A stretch of DNA of 64,000 nt from a virus (taxonomy: Duplodnaviria > Caudoviricetes), in the IMG/VR virus record IMGVR_UViG_3300047160_018490, positions 13,903 through 77,902 of that record. One strand, written 5' to 3'. Positions 36,001 to 45,200 of this stretch are shown in pieces; position 1 is the stretch's first letter; each line of letters opens with the position of its first letter. Under the pieces are notes generated by a model that made no database searches, was not told the DNA's origin, and worked only from the letters and a program-made list of their open reading frames with translations. The translations under genes were made by a program, and so were the position numbers.

Positions 36001-39000
36001 TTTCCTCTTCTTCAGGGGGTAAATGGAGATCGGGGTCCTCGTACATGCTTTCGTAATTACGCGCAATACCACCAGCATACTCTTCCGTCATGGGGCCAGT
36101 AACTGGGCCTTCTCCGTGGGAATGAAACGCTGGGTGTTCCCGCGTTCGATAGACGCTGTAGCGCCCTGGGCGAACTGGTGATAGCCTGGTCTCGTAGAAC
36201 CTGAGTTCTCCTGTCTTGGGGTCCGCCTTCTCTTCCACCCCCTCCAGACCCTTGTTGGGCTTCTCCCCTGCCTCCTCCAGCGAGGAGTAGCACACGCGAT
36301 GGGCTTTCCCCGCGTCTGCACCCTCTGCTTCCAGATCAGCGATGCAGCGCTCCATCCTCTCCGTGTGGTAGTGGTGGGGGTGCTCCACGTTGGGCTTCCG
36401 GATCTCTTCCCCTTCGAGGTCTTTCTCTTCCTCTGCTGGGTTGAGAGGAGTGCAGTTAGGAGAGAGGTGCGCCATCCGGTTGATGGACTCCTGGGCCCGC
36501 TGGTTCTGCCTCTCTGCCTCCTCTTCTGCCTCTGCCTGCGTGCAGTGGAGAGACCACCCCACTCCTGTACGGCGGGATGCTACCTGGTAAAGCTCCGGCT
36601 GCTCCTCGCTGGGGCGGACGTAGAAGTGTCCTGGGCTCTCTTCTCCTCCTTCTGCCTTCTCCCGGGGAATAGGAGATACCCTGTTCTCGTAGGGGTGGTT
36701 GAGGTCAGGGTTGTGACCCACCAGGAAGCGGTACGCAACACCTTGGACGCGCTTCCCTGTCTTGGGATCTACTGCTTTCTCCTCCTTACCCTGATCCCAC
36801 GCCTGGAAATACTGCTCGCCAGTCCAATGCCCTCTACCAGGATTGTCTGTATAGCGGTCAGCATGGGCATTCAACTCATCCGCTCGCTGCTGGGCTTCTT
36901 CGAGTTCATATCGGCCCACGTCGCGGTTTCCATCTGGATCGACAAGGGAGTGCGTGCCATCCTCATTGGGCACAACCCTCCAGTGGAGTGATTGCTTCCT
37001 TCTCTGCAAGCGGTCCCACAGCCTCTTGCACTTCTTCTCCGCGATGGTGCCACTCTCATCCTCTGGCACCTCCGTCTGATCTCCCCACTTCTCGAACTCC
37101 CTGACCTTCTCTGCTTCTGCCTCCGCCTCCGCCTGCGTCTGGTGAGAAGAGGTAAACCACACCTCCCCGTTGGCCCGTGTGTGCCGCACCAGGTAGGGAT
37201 ACACCGTCCTCCCTGGGCGGTAGATGACATCTACCTTCTTCTCCACTTCCAGTTCAGGAGTGTCCCCAGTTTCGATGTCCGAGCCCTCTCCAGGGTTAGT
37301 CTCGGGAGGGATGCCTGTTCTATCAATCTCTCCAGGAGTGCCCCTTCCTGCTTCCATGTCGGCCTGGTTGGCGTCCTTCTCAGAGGGGTGAGGTGTCTCG
37401 TCTACTACTCCCATACTCCCGTGCCGCCAATTCAATTGGCTTGTGCAGTACCTTACCTCCTCTGGGGTGGCAGCGTAGTAGACATGCCTACCAGTGCGGG
37501 CATGAACGATCTCATAAGGGAGGTGCTCTATACCCGTTCTCCTGGCCTCGTAGAGGGGCTCGTCCTGGCCTGTAAGGGGGTCTTCTGTACTGTCCTTCTC
37601 TTCAGGAGCAGGGAGGTTGACTCTCGGGTTATCGGGCCCTTGCAGCTCGCCACTCATGATCCTCTGGTGGGCAGCCTCCTGGTAATCGCGGGCCATATCC
37701 TCCGCTTCCCAGTGGGGGTGGAGGTGAGATGCCAGGCGCCCTCTACCGCCCTCTGGATGAGATCCAGTCCTATATAGAGCGTCGAAGTCCTCAATGCTGG
37801 GATGCTCCCGCAGTTCATAGAAGGGCTCCATCTTCTCCCCCGTCTTGGGGTCCAGGGCCTTCTCCTCCCTCTCCGGCTCCATCTGGTACCGCGGTGGCGT
37901 GCCTTCGGTATCCCGGACCCACTGGCGGTTTTCCTCTGCATGCCTGTCCTGCATTGCCAGCTCGTCCAGGGAGTTCTCGGCAAACTGCTCTACCTGCCTG
38001 TGGGCCTCTTCAGGAGTACGGAACCCCCCTGTGCGCAATCCAGCCTGTCCTAGAGGGTGCTGCTCCGTGCGGACGATCTGGTAGGCGCCAGGGATGTGTG
38101 GGTCCTCCTCCACGCGCCACCAGGGATGATTCTGCTTCTTCATCTCCTTGTTAGGCGCCCAGATCGTCTCCAGCAGGTTCTCCTCCGCAATGTGAGCAAT
38201 CGTCTCCGCCTCGTGCTGCGTCCTGTAGCCAGTCAGGCTTCTCGCATCCCTGCCCTCGGGGTGGAACATGGTAGGGATGACATCGAAGGTCCCTGGGTTC
38301 TCCTCGCTCTCCTGGACGTGGTAGAAGGACTTTTCCACTGCTCCTGAGAGAGCATTCTCCTCCTCTGCAGGGATGTTGGCCGCCTCCGTCCTCTGCTGGC
38401 TTACCAGATTGGCGTAGTGCCTCCTGGTGGCTTCCTGCTGCCTGGCGTGCTGAGTGGCCCATCTCGCTCCGGCGGCGGCCTCCTCATGAGATGTGTAGCC
38501 ACCAAAGCCTGAGTAGCGCCCTGCCCTGCCATGAGGATGGTGCTCCGAGTAGTGAAGGTCATACCTCTCAGGGTCGTCCTCGTTCTGCTGCACCGTGAAC
38601 CAGGGAGGAGAGGTGTCTTTACTCACACTACCTCCTGCAACCTTCTGGCTCTCTTCCCAGGTAGCCTGATCCATACGGGACTGGACGGTGTCCTCGTGCA
38701 TATCTCTGGCAAGTTCCCTGGCCTCTTCCGGAGTGAGGTGTCTGTGCGGTACTCGGTCTGAGGGATATTGGTGGATATTGGGGTGGTCAGGGGTCCGAAA
38801 GATCCGTGGGCGCCCGTTTTCGTCCCTGACTCCGTAGTAGGGCTTATCGTGGAAGCCCTTCTCCTCCTCATTCCTTCTGTGGATGTCCTCTGTCCTCAGA
38901 GAGACATTCTCTGCGAGCTGTGCCTGGATGCGGTCTATGACTTCCTGGGCCTCCTGAGTGGAGGTGTAAGGGCCACCACCCCAGATGGGCTTGCCCTGAT

Positions 39001-42000
39001 GGTCTCTGCCACCCAAGGGGTGCTCGTCCGTCCTCCAGATGTCATGGGTGCCTGGTACGTTGGGGCGCTCCACAATCTTGTACCAGGGCGGGCGGTCTTT
39101 TCTCACTCCTGAAGAGAGGGCATCCTCGTGGTGCTGTGGGGCATCCCACTGCTCGGGGTCTTCATTTCTAGACCATTCCAGTTGCCGTAACCCGGCTTCG
39201 GCACTGGCTTCCTCCCTGGAGTCACGGGTTGTGAGGGGGTAAGACATCAGTCCAGGAGTGGCGTAGGGATGGTGCTCACTCCTGTAGACTCCCCATCTCC
39301 CTTCAGGGGTCTGGCGGACGTGGAAGTAGCGGTATCCTTTCTCCACTCCTTCGGAGAGGGCATGTGTAACAGGAAGACCATGTCCATGACCGAGGTCATC
39401 CGTTCTTACCTTCTCCAGGTCCTGTGCGCCATCCAGGGCGTCTTCCTCGGTGTCATAGCGGGTGGGTCCCACGGGAATGGTTTGATCCCCAGACTGGAAG
39501 AAGGGATGAGACTCAGTGCGGAAGATTCCATAACCCTCCTGATAGGGCTTGACCTCGAAGAAACCCTTCTCCACTCCTGAAGAGAGAGCAGCCTGCAAGT
39601 ATTGAGGTGGGGGATGGTGTAGCGCCCTATCTTTGATACTCTCCGTTGTATCTTCCACCAGAGACTGAGCCTCTTCCCTGCTTCCCAGGAGGTAAGTGTT
39701 TACCCGCATTCCAGGTCTTCCCCAGGGATGGTGTGCAGTACGGTAAACACTCCAAAAAGTCGGGTGGTCCTCGTCTTCCCGTGCCTCGTACCACGGGCCT
39801 TGCTTCTCCACCCTCTCCTCTAACCCCCTTGCTATCCTTTCCCCCGGGGGAAGCATGGAGAATGGATGCTCTCTGGGGTTGCCTGTGCCTCTGGGGGCGT
39901 CATCATACTCCGGGCCCAAAGACTCCATGTGCCTGGCCCAGTCTCTGGCCTCTCCGTGATCCAGGAAGGAGAGATGAGAGTGCCTCACTCCTGAAGGGGA
40001 GACAACCTGGAAGTGACCCATATCCGGGTCATGCTCCACGCTCCACTTACCGGATGGTTTGTCTTCTATTGGAGGGACGTAGGGGGCGGTGGCGCCTGTG
40101 CTCTCTTCTTCCTTTCCTTTCTCCACACCTCCAGAGAGGGAGTTCTCCTCGACCTGGAGAGGGATGTCACTGATCCCTGGTTCTTCTTCACCGCGCCACA
40201 GGTCGTACTGTCTCTGCCCAGCAGCGATCCAGGCATCCTCGTGGCTGGCATGGGTGGAGAGAGGCGCCTCATCAGGCCCATGAGGGCCGTATGGGTGGCG
40301 CCCACTTCGGTAGACTCCATACCCTCCTTCTGGGGTTGGGAGGACCAGGTAGTGGCTGTAGTTCTTCTCCACCTCTTCTCCCTGATAGACGATGGAGCCG
40401 TATGTGCCCTCAGAAGGCTCCGTCTGGCCGCCGAGGGAGTTCTCCTCGATGTCCGGAACATTCACGCCCCTGTTTTTTCCCTCCTTGTACCAACCATCTA
40501 CTGCGTCCTGGAGTCTGTCTGCTCTCTCCTGCTGCTCTTCCAGAGTGTTGGGACGGAAGGGGGTTATTCCCTCTCCCATAGGATGGTGCTCAGTACGATA
40601 TAGCAGGTACAGCTTACCACCTGGGTTCTGTACAATCCGGTAGTAGGGCCTCTGGAGGGCTTTCTCCACTCCCTCCAGGGCGTCCTCCAGATCCATCCTC
40701 TCCATGAGGGTCCTGTGTGTCTGATCGTGCAGCCTCTGGGCTTCTTCCTCGGCAAGACCCTGGGTGGTATGGTCTGGAGACTCGGGAGAGGAGAGTCTTC
40801 CCTTGGGGTGGTAGGAAGACCTCCATACGTCGTAGTTCCCAGCCGGGCGCTGGTGGACCTCGTAGAAGTAGTGTGGGGATAGGTCCTTCTCCACACTGCC
40901 TTCCAGGGCATTCTCCTCATAGGCTGGAAGGCCCTGCCCCATGCCCAATCTCTCTGTCTGCATCCTCACCTCGCTAGCCGTTAGCTCGCGTGCCATGTCG
41001 TGGGCAGAACCCTCCTCAAGGCCTCCGATGATAACCATTCCTGCGTCACCACCTGGGTGGGTGGCAGAGCGGCGGACCTCGAACTGACCCTGGCGCCGGC
41101 CTTCGTGGACCTCATAGTAAGAAGGTGGTTCAGGAGTACCCTCATCTTTCTGCACACCTCCCTCCAGAGCGTGCTGCACAGGAGGGGTGTAGGGGAGGCC
41201 CTGACTCTGGCCTGCCCAGTCTGTCTCTATGCTACGAGAGCGTGCAAACCTTCTCGTCCTCTCCTGTGCGTCTGCCTCTGCCTGCTCTGGATCCTGGAAG
41301 TGGGTGATCCTGGCCTCTCCATAAGGGTGCTGGGAGGTACGCCACACCTCATGCCTCTCCCCTCTGGAGCGGACCTCGTAAAGGGGAGGAACTCCGGTGT
41401 CTTTCTCCACCCACCCAGAGAGGGAGTGCTGCACAAGGGGTGTAGGTGGTAGACCCTGCTCTCTTCCCAGTCTGGACGTGTCCATGTTCTGGTAGCGAGT
41501 GGCCCCCAGACGGTAAATATCACTTATAGTCCTGGCACGTTCGCCTGCCTCTTCCTGGGTTGAGTAAGGACCCATACCAAGGTCCTCCCCACGAGAGGGA
41601 GCGTAGGGGTGCTCCTGAGAGCGGCGAACACGCCATCCTTCTCCCTCCACCTCGTAGGGCTCATAGAACTGGGGGAGCTTCTCCAGGGCGGTGGCTACCT
41701 CCTCAGGAGTGGCACCAGCTTTCTCTATACTTCCTTCCAGGGAGTATTGCTGTATGTGAGGGGGTTGGTTGACTGGTAGACCCTGGTTTTGCCCCAGTTC
41801 GTCTGTCAGTCTCCGCTCCCACCTTCCTGCGTAGTGCCTGGCATCCTCTTCCAGGTGAAACCTGGCCAGGGGGGAGTCTCCGTGTTCGCCAACCATCGAG
41901 GTTGCATTCCAGGGGTGGTTTGCTGTCCGGAAGACGCCATAGCCGCCCGCATGCGGGCGGACCTCGTAGAAGGACTTTTCCACGCTGCCTTCCAGGGCGT

Positions 42001-42229
42001 TCTCCTCTGGAGCTGGTGTCCTCCGGTGGCCGCCTTGGTTCACGTTTGCCTTGTCCTCATCCTCGTAGCTCTCATCGAGCTGCCTGGCTGCTTCCCTTGC
42101 AGCATCCTGCCCCCAGCGTGCAGGAAAGACCATGCTCTCCCCCATATAATGCAGGGCCGTCCTCCAGACCTCCCAGCGCCCTGCTTCCTGGTTGTAACGA
42201 GGCTCATAGGTAGGAGATGCTTCACTCAT
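33062..42229 (-). CDS. giant 3055 aa modular repeat protein, putative internal-head polyprotein
   Basis: Single uninterrupted ORF. About 25 modules of YEVR..x..YGVYR(T/S)..HP...T.EEA...A and about 8 modules of P(D/E)E.W.....W..L.Q..R, joined by ..(A/S)LEG.VEK or EEEK linkers. Confidence 0.9.
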   Translation of the reverse strand: MSEASPTYEPRYNQEAGRWEVWRTALHYMGESMVFPARWGQDAAREAARQLDESYEDEDKANVNQGGHRRTPAPEENALEGSVEKSFYEVRPHAGGYGVFRTANHPWNATSMVGEHGDSPLARFHLEEDARHYAGRWERRLTDELGQNQGLPVNQPPHIQQYSLEGSIEKAGATPEEVATALEKLPQFYEPYEVEGEGWRVRRSQEHPYAPSRGEDLGMGPYSTQEEAGERARTISDIYRLGATRYQNMDTSRLGREQGLPPTPLVQHSLSGWVEKDTGVPPLYEVRSRGERHEVWRTSQHPYGEARITHFQDPEQAEADAQERTRRFARSRSIETDWAGQSQGLPYTPPVQHALEGGVQKDEGTPEPPSYYEVHEGRRQGQFEVRRSATHPGGDAGMVIIGGLEEGSAHDMARELTASEVRMQTERLGMGQGLPAYEENALEGSVEKDLSPHYFYEVHQRPAGNYDVWRSSYHPKGRLSSPESPDHTTQGLAEEEAQRLHDQTHRTLMERMDLEDALEGVEKALQRPYYRIVQNPGGKLYLLYRTEHHPMGEGITPFRPNTLEEQQERADRLQDAVDGWYKEGKNRGVNVPDIEENSLGGQTEPSEGTYGSIVYQGEEVEKNYSHYLVLPTPEGGYGVYRSGRHPYGPHGPDEAPLSTHASHEDAWIAAGQRQYDLWRGEEEPGISDIPLQVEENSLSGGVEKGKEEESTGATAPYVPPIEDKPSGKWSVEHDPDMGHFQVVSPSGVRHSHLSFLDHGEARDWARHMESLGPEYDDAPRGTGNPREHPFSMLPPGERIARGLEERVEKQGPWYEAREDEDHPTFWSVYRTAHHPWGRPGMRVNTYLLGSREEAQSLVEDTTESIKDRALHHPPPQYLQAALSSGVEKGFFEVKPYQEGYGIFRTESHPFFQSGDQTIPVGPTRYDTEEDALDGAQDLEKVRTDDLGHGHGLPVTHALSEGVEKGYRYFHVRQTPEGRWGVYRSEHHPYATPGLMSYPLTTRDSREEASAEAGLRQLEWSRNEDPEQWDAPQHHEDALSSGVRKDRPPWYKIVERPNVPGTHDIWRTDEHPLGGRDHQGKPIWGGGPYTSTQEAQEVIDRIQAQLAENVSLRTEDIHRRNEEEKGFHDKPYYGVRDENGRPRIFRTPDHPNIHQYPSDRVPHRHLTPEEARELARDMHEDTVQSRMDQATWEESQKVAGGSVSKDTSPPWFTVQQNEDDPERYDLHYSEHHPHGRAGRYSGFGGYTSHEEAAAGARWATQHARQQEATRRHYANLVSQQRTEAANIPAEEENALSGAVEKSFYHVQESEENPGTFDVIPTMFHPEGRDARSLTGYRTQHEAETIAHIAEENLLETIWAPNKEMKKQNHPWWRVEEDPHIPGAYQIVRTEQHPLGQAGLRTGGFRTPEEAHRQVEQFAENSLDELAMQDRHAEENRQWVRDTEGTPPRYQMEPEREEKALDPKTGEKMEPFYELREHPSIEDFDALYRTGSHPEGGRGRLASHLHPHWEAEDMARDYQEAAHQRIMSGELQGPDNPRVNLPAPEEKDSTEDPLTGQDEPLYEARRTGIEHLPYEIVHARTGRHVYYAATPEEVRYCTSQLNWRHGSMGVVDETPHPSEKDANQADMEAGRGTPGEIDRTGIPPETNPGEGSDIETGDTPELEVEKKVDVIYRPGRTVYPYLVRHTRANGEVWFTSSHQTQAEAEAEAEKVREFEKWGDQTEVPEDESGTIAEKKCKRLWDRLQRRKQSLHWRVVPNEDGTHSLVDPDGNRDVGRYELEEAQQRADELNAHADRYTDNPGRGHWTGEQYFQAWDQGKEEKAVDPKTGKRVQGVAYRFLVGHNPDLNHPYENRVSPIPREKAEGGEESPGHFYVRPSEEQPELYQVASRRTGVGWSLHCTQAEAEEEAERQNQRAQESINRMAHLSPNCTPLNPAEEEKDLEGEEIRKPNVEHPHHYHTERMERCIADLEAEGADAGKAHRVCYSSLEEAGEKPNKGLEGVEEKADPKTGELRFYETRLSPVRPGRYSVYRTREHPAFHSHGEGPVTGPMTEEYAGGIARNYESMYEDPDLHLPPEEEENALEEGVEKAPKVEGEEEQGAVVTANPGHPYWDVEPTEEGAHAVTPSEHHPLRRNIENPQNPLPPHQTAEEAHAHARRLQEGMWATMTGTARARRGRGVQNRPARNEQLPGIEGKAIHDLRTGRPATWYHMVEREDEPGTFDVHRSPQHPAGMTHDPVFVAQNIDEANDWIGDMHYQLAHSAGYRRLDAEKGVQKQPEGNPAITANPGAPYYEARPHHEQPGRYGVYPTEFHPHFGPEGTFDPEHPYFFGSAGDHDTLAEAQAHADELNRGRTINEAEDAPLRPPAHIRPGINEQIPGIGEKVAPQYRRLKARLERRKEEGQPFRRAPDEVWESERRYREDRGSGSGRKWENLTQGQRDLVPGMVRDPGFHPSEQSEIQEYPEWEPLEEEKAPRSHDEAWESARRRGTTGLHWRDLNQNLRDYYAGLRQHTGYVDPYDEDTPPEEEEGEGERGSPLGENEPPEWAYPEEEEKAPRTPDERYQTSRHQSQERYGRTGSEGRPWEGLSQSTRDRQATRYAHEEDEGPHRAEATVVSDFEEEKAPRSLDDWYESFRRRHPIGYFGPREPWEEISQTGRDVLQGVSPETGFHPEPAHHSEHPSHLEYPEWEEYQPGEHERFLEEGKASITPDEVWETHRRHDIDREALNPGVHVRPTWSEMSQGYHEGCRHPLPTPRHHSEASEDEEYPEWEEHTPGPFEREEYYEGVEDEEKQSSNPPPRSPEERWESHRRYWEEQHPQHPLTPWEGLSQGERQSNRQYFQMVGDPGPHPSEHTVEPEEEEKAAHDPYYEAWEHDARNPKPPTSEPYWEEWEHPPSSSPGEKVDPYWEEWEKAEGEEEEEHLPAETPYNDPSERYGRASEYLAEHYPEIGPGAAWDRMPQGERGHIADLYSHLPHGALFGEGGEEEENALEGDVEKQPEEEYHNDAEPDPMTRWENARAAHPIQDPNHPNYPRPWHELTQEARTSIAAFYEHLPHGYLYGEE

Positions 42230-45200
42230 ACCCCTATCCTCCTTGCGAGGGCCTCGATGCGATGGAGGAGTTCAGGAGAGAAGGCTTTATCAGATGGCTT
42301 TGGGGTTTCTCTGTACTGCCGGTTGTGACGCTCCACCCAGTCCAGGAGCCCACCCAGGTGACTCGACTGTGACCACAAGGCTTCACCACTGGGCCTGTGG
42401 ATGATCTGGTAGAGGCCACTCAGGTGAGACTCCTCATGGGGACGCACCTCGTAAATGTCCTCTGGGTCCTCTACCCAGGTAATATCTTTGGGGTCCACCT
42501 TCTCTATGCTCTTCTCCTCCTCCACCTCTCTCTGAAGGCTCCTGATGGTTGCGCCTGGGCCCTGGGGGATTTCCTCTGCCCGCAGAGGTCTCCTTCTTGG
42601 GGCGCCTCCTCCTGCTTGCGGTAGAGGAGGAGGAAGAGAAGCAGGAGAAGGAGGTGGAGTCTTCTCTGGGGCGCGCCTATTCGTGTGCAGGAGGAGGTTA
42701 CTCGCTGCCTGGTTGTGCAAGTGGCTTACGTAGGAGTTGGCCCTATCCAGGGTGTCAGTCCTTACAGCCGGCTCATCACTGGCGCCCATAGGGTGATGTT
42801 CACTCCGGTGAATCCCGTACCCACCTTCTGGGTGGTCCCTTACCTCGTAGTAGGGCATCTCCGGTGGCCCTGGCTTCGATGCTGTGGACGGTTGTGGAGG
42901 CTCTTCTCCCTGACCCGCGCCCACGTCAAAGGGCGCGTCCTCAGGGTTCTGATGCACGAGCGCTGTGGGCTTGGCTGGACGGCGGGGTAGTGGTGGCGGT
43001 CCCTTCTGCAAGCTCTTCATGGTCTCTGCCTCTGTAGTGAGCTTGTTTGCCAGGGCCCTCTGGAGGCGGTCCCTGTTCTCTTCTGCTCTGTACCAGTCCG
43101 TCCACGCTCCTACGGGTGGGCCACCAGTAGGGGGTGCTCCTGAAGGGTGATTGGAGGTCCTGAAGACCCCGAAGCGGTCGTTCTCCGTGGGATGGGGGAG
43201 GACCTCATAGAGGGCGGGGAAGTCCTTCTGGATGGCCTTGTGGTACTCGGCGGTATCGGCTGTCTCATCAACGTAATTGGCATGGAGTCCCCTGGCAAAT
43301 CGGTGAGCCTCCTCTTCCGTTCCCGTATCTAGGATCGGATACCCCTCTCCAACACCGTAGGGGTGGCTTTCCGTGCGGTAGACACCAAACTTACCATTCT
43401 TCATAGGGCGGACCTCATAGTAGAGGGCCTTCCTGGCTGCCTTATGCTCTTCCTCCCGGACAGTGCGCAGGTTCATGTAACGGGCGTGCATTGCGCGGGC
43501 ATACTCTGCAGCCTGTGCCTCATGATCCGTCTGATAGACCGGCGCCTCTTCAGGACCCCAAGGGTGAGTGTCTGTACGATAAACTCCATACAGGGGAGGG
43601 TCATCATTGGTAGAGCGGACCTCGTAGATGAGTTTCTTCCTCACTCCCTTTTCAGGAGTAGACTCTCCTCCCTCCCATGCCCGCAGAGTGCCTGGGGCGT
43701 CCCAGTAGGCACAGCAATTCCTCTTGTTGACTGGCTGACCCTTGATGCGCTTCTCCTGGCAGATGCCGCCCTGGTTGTACTGGCAGTTACCGCAGTTGCT
43801 GCCCTCCACTCCTTCCCCGTAGGTGATGAAGTCCGCCGCCTGTAGAGCTTCAGAGGAGACCTGGGGAAGCTCGCCACCCTGGGTATCGAGGGCCTTCCTC
43901 GTTTCACTTGGAGAGCCTTCGGCGGACTTCCCGATCTCGTCAAGGATAGCGTGTGTATCTAGATAGCGAGCATGAAGACGCCTGGCTTCTGCGTAGGCTT
44001 CCTCCTCCGAGTGTGTTTCATAGATGGCATAAGGGTACTGCTGCTGCTGCGGGTGGCTTGGCGAGCGGTGGACTCTGTAAAGGGTAGAGCCCTCATCAGG
44101 AGGCCGCACCTCGTAGATGAGGGCCTTCTCCACCACATCCTTCTTGCAAGGGCATGCCTTCCCCCTGGAGCAATTCTTGCAGCCGCAGGAGCCCTTGAAA
44201 TGTTTTGGAATGCGGTGGAGGAACCCTGGATTGTTCTCTGAGTGCTCTCCTACAGGGTCCTCGCTCTCTTCAGGATGGGGAATAAGATCCTCTGGAGGGT
44301 CTATACCCTGAAGTGCTTCCCCAAACGTGGGAGACCTTGTGTCACCTTCCAGCCTGGCCAGTTCCCGAGAACGCCGAGCTATCCTAGCCTCCTCGGATGC
44401 AGAGGTATACTGAGGATCATATACCCAGTCTCTTGGGTGTCCGGACCCGAAAGCCCATTCCCTTTCATCTGTGGCAAAACCTTCTGGGGTGTATTCGTTA
44501 TGATGAGGTCCCACCCCTTCTGGCCTGTCTGCCTTTCTTAAACCTTTCTTGTCCTCTCCAGAAGTAGGAGGGTCCACATCACCTTCCAGCACCTCTCTCG
44601 CTTGCATCTCCCGAGAACGCTGATTGATGCGAGCCCTTTCACTAGCCATGCTGATTGGGGGAATATCGTGGCGCCATTCCTCTGGATTGGGGCCATAGGG
44701 AGGGTGCCAGTCCCAATCTTCCTCATGCTCACCAACAGTGCCCCATTCCGGGTCGTGCTCTGGCCTCCCTATCTCGTTGGGGTCTGGCTCAGGCTCAGAG
44801 GCCGCCTTCTCCTCGGGACCCTCTATCTTGTCCAGGTCCTCGGCCCTTCGGTTGATCCTCTCCATCTCCTCTTCAGGAGTACCCTTGGGATCACGCTGCC
44901 ACTGGTGAGAAGAGGACTCTCCGTAATCCCTGCTGGCCCGATCTGCGGTTGCCTGTGCCTGCTCCAGAGTAGTGCCAGGTGGCTGAGGTATGTCGTGTCC
45001 ATACTCAGTGTGTCTGATGTAGGTCCCGCCATTTGGGTACTGCCCCGCAGCCCAGCGCCCCTTCTGGAGGTCCTTCTCCTCCTCCTCGATGGGTCTCCCC
45101 TGCTCGTCTGTATCTTCCACAGCCCTCAGTGTCCCTGAGAGACGGTTTATCCTCTCCGTCTCTGCTTCATGAGTGGTGGGTGGTGCATTCCCCCCAATGA

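Noticed and set aside
33062-42229. Repeats as a CRISPR array or DGR template/variable repeats
   Set aside because: The repeats are degenerate at DNA level and conserved only as protein. There are no identical direct repeats with spacers, and no cas or reverse transcriptase gene in the window.
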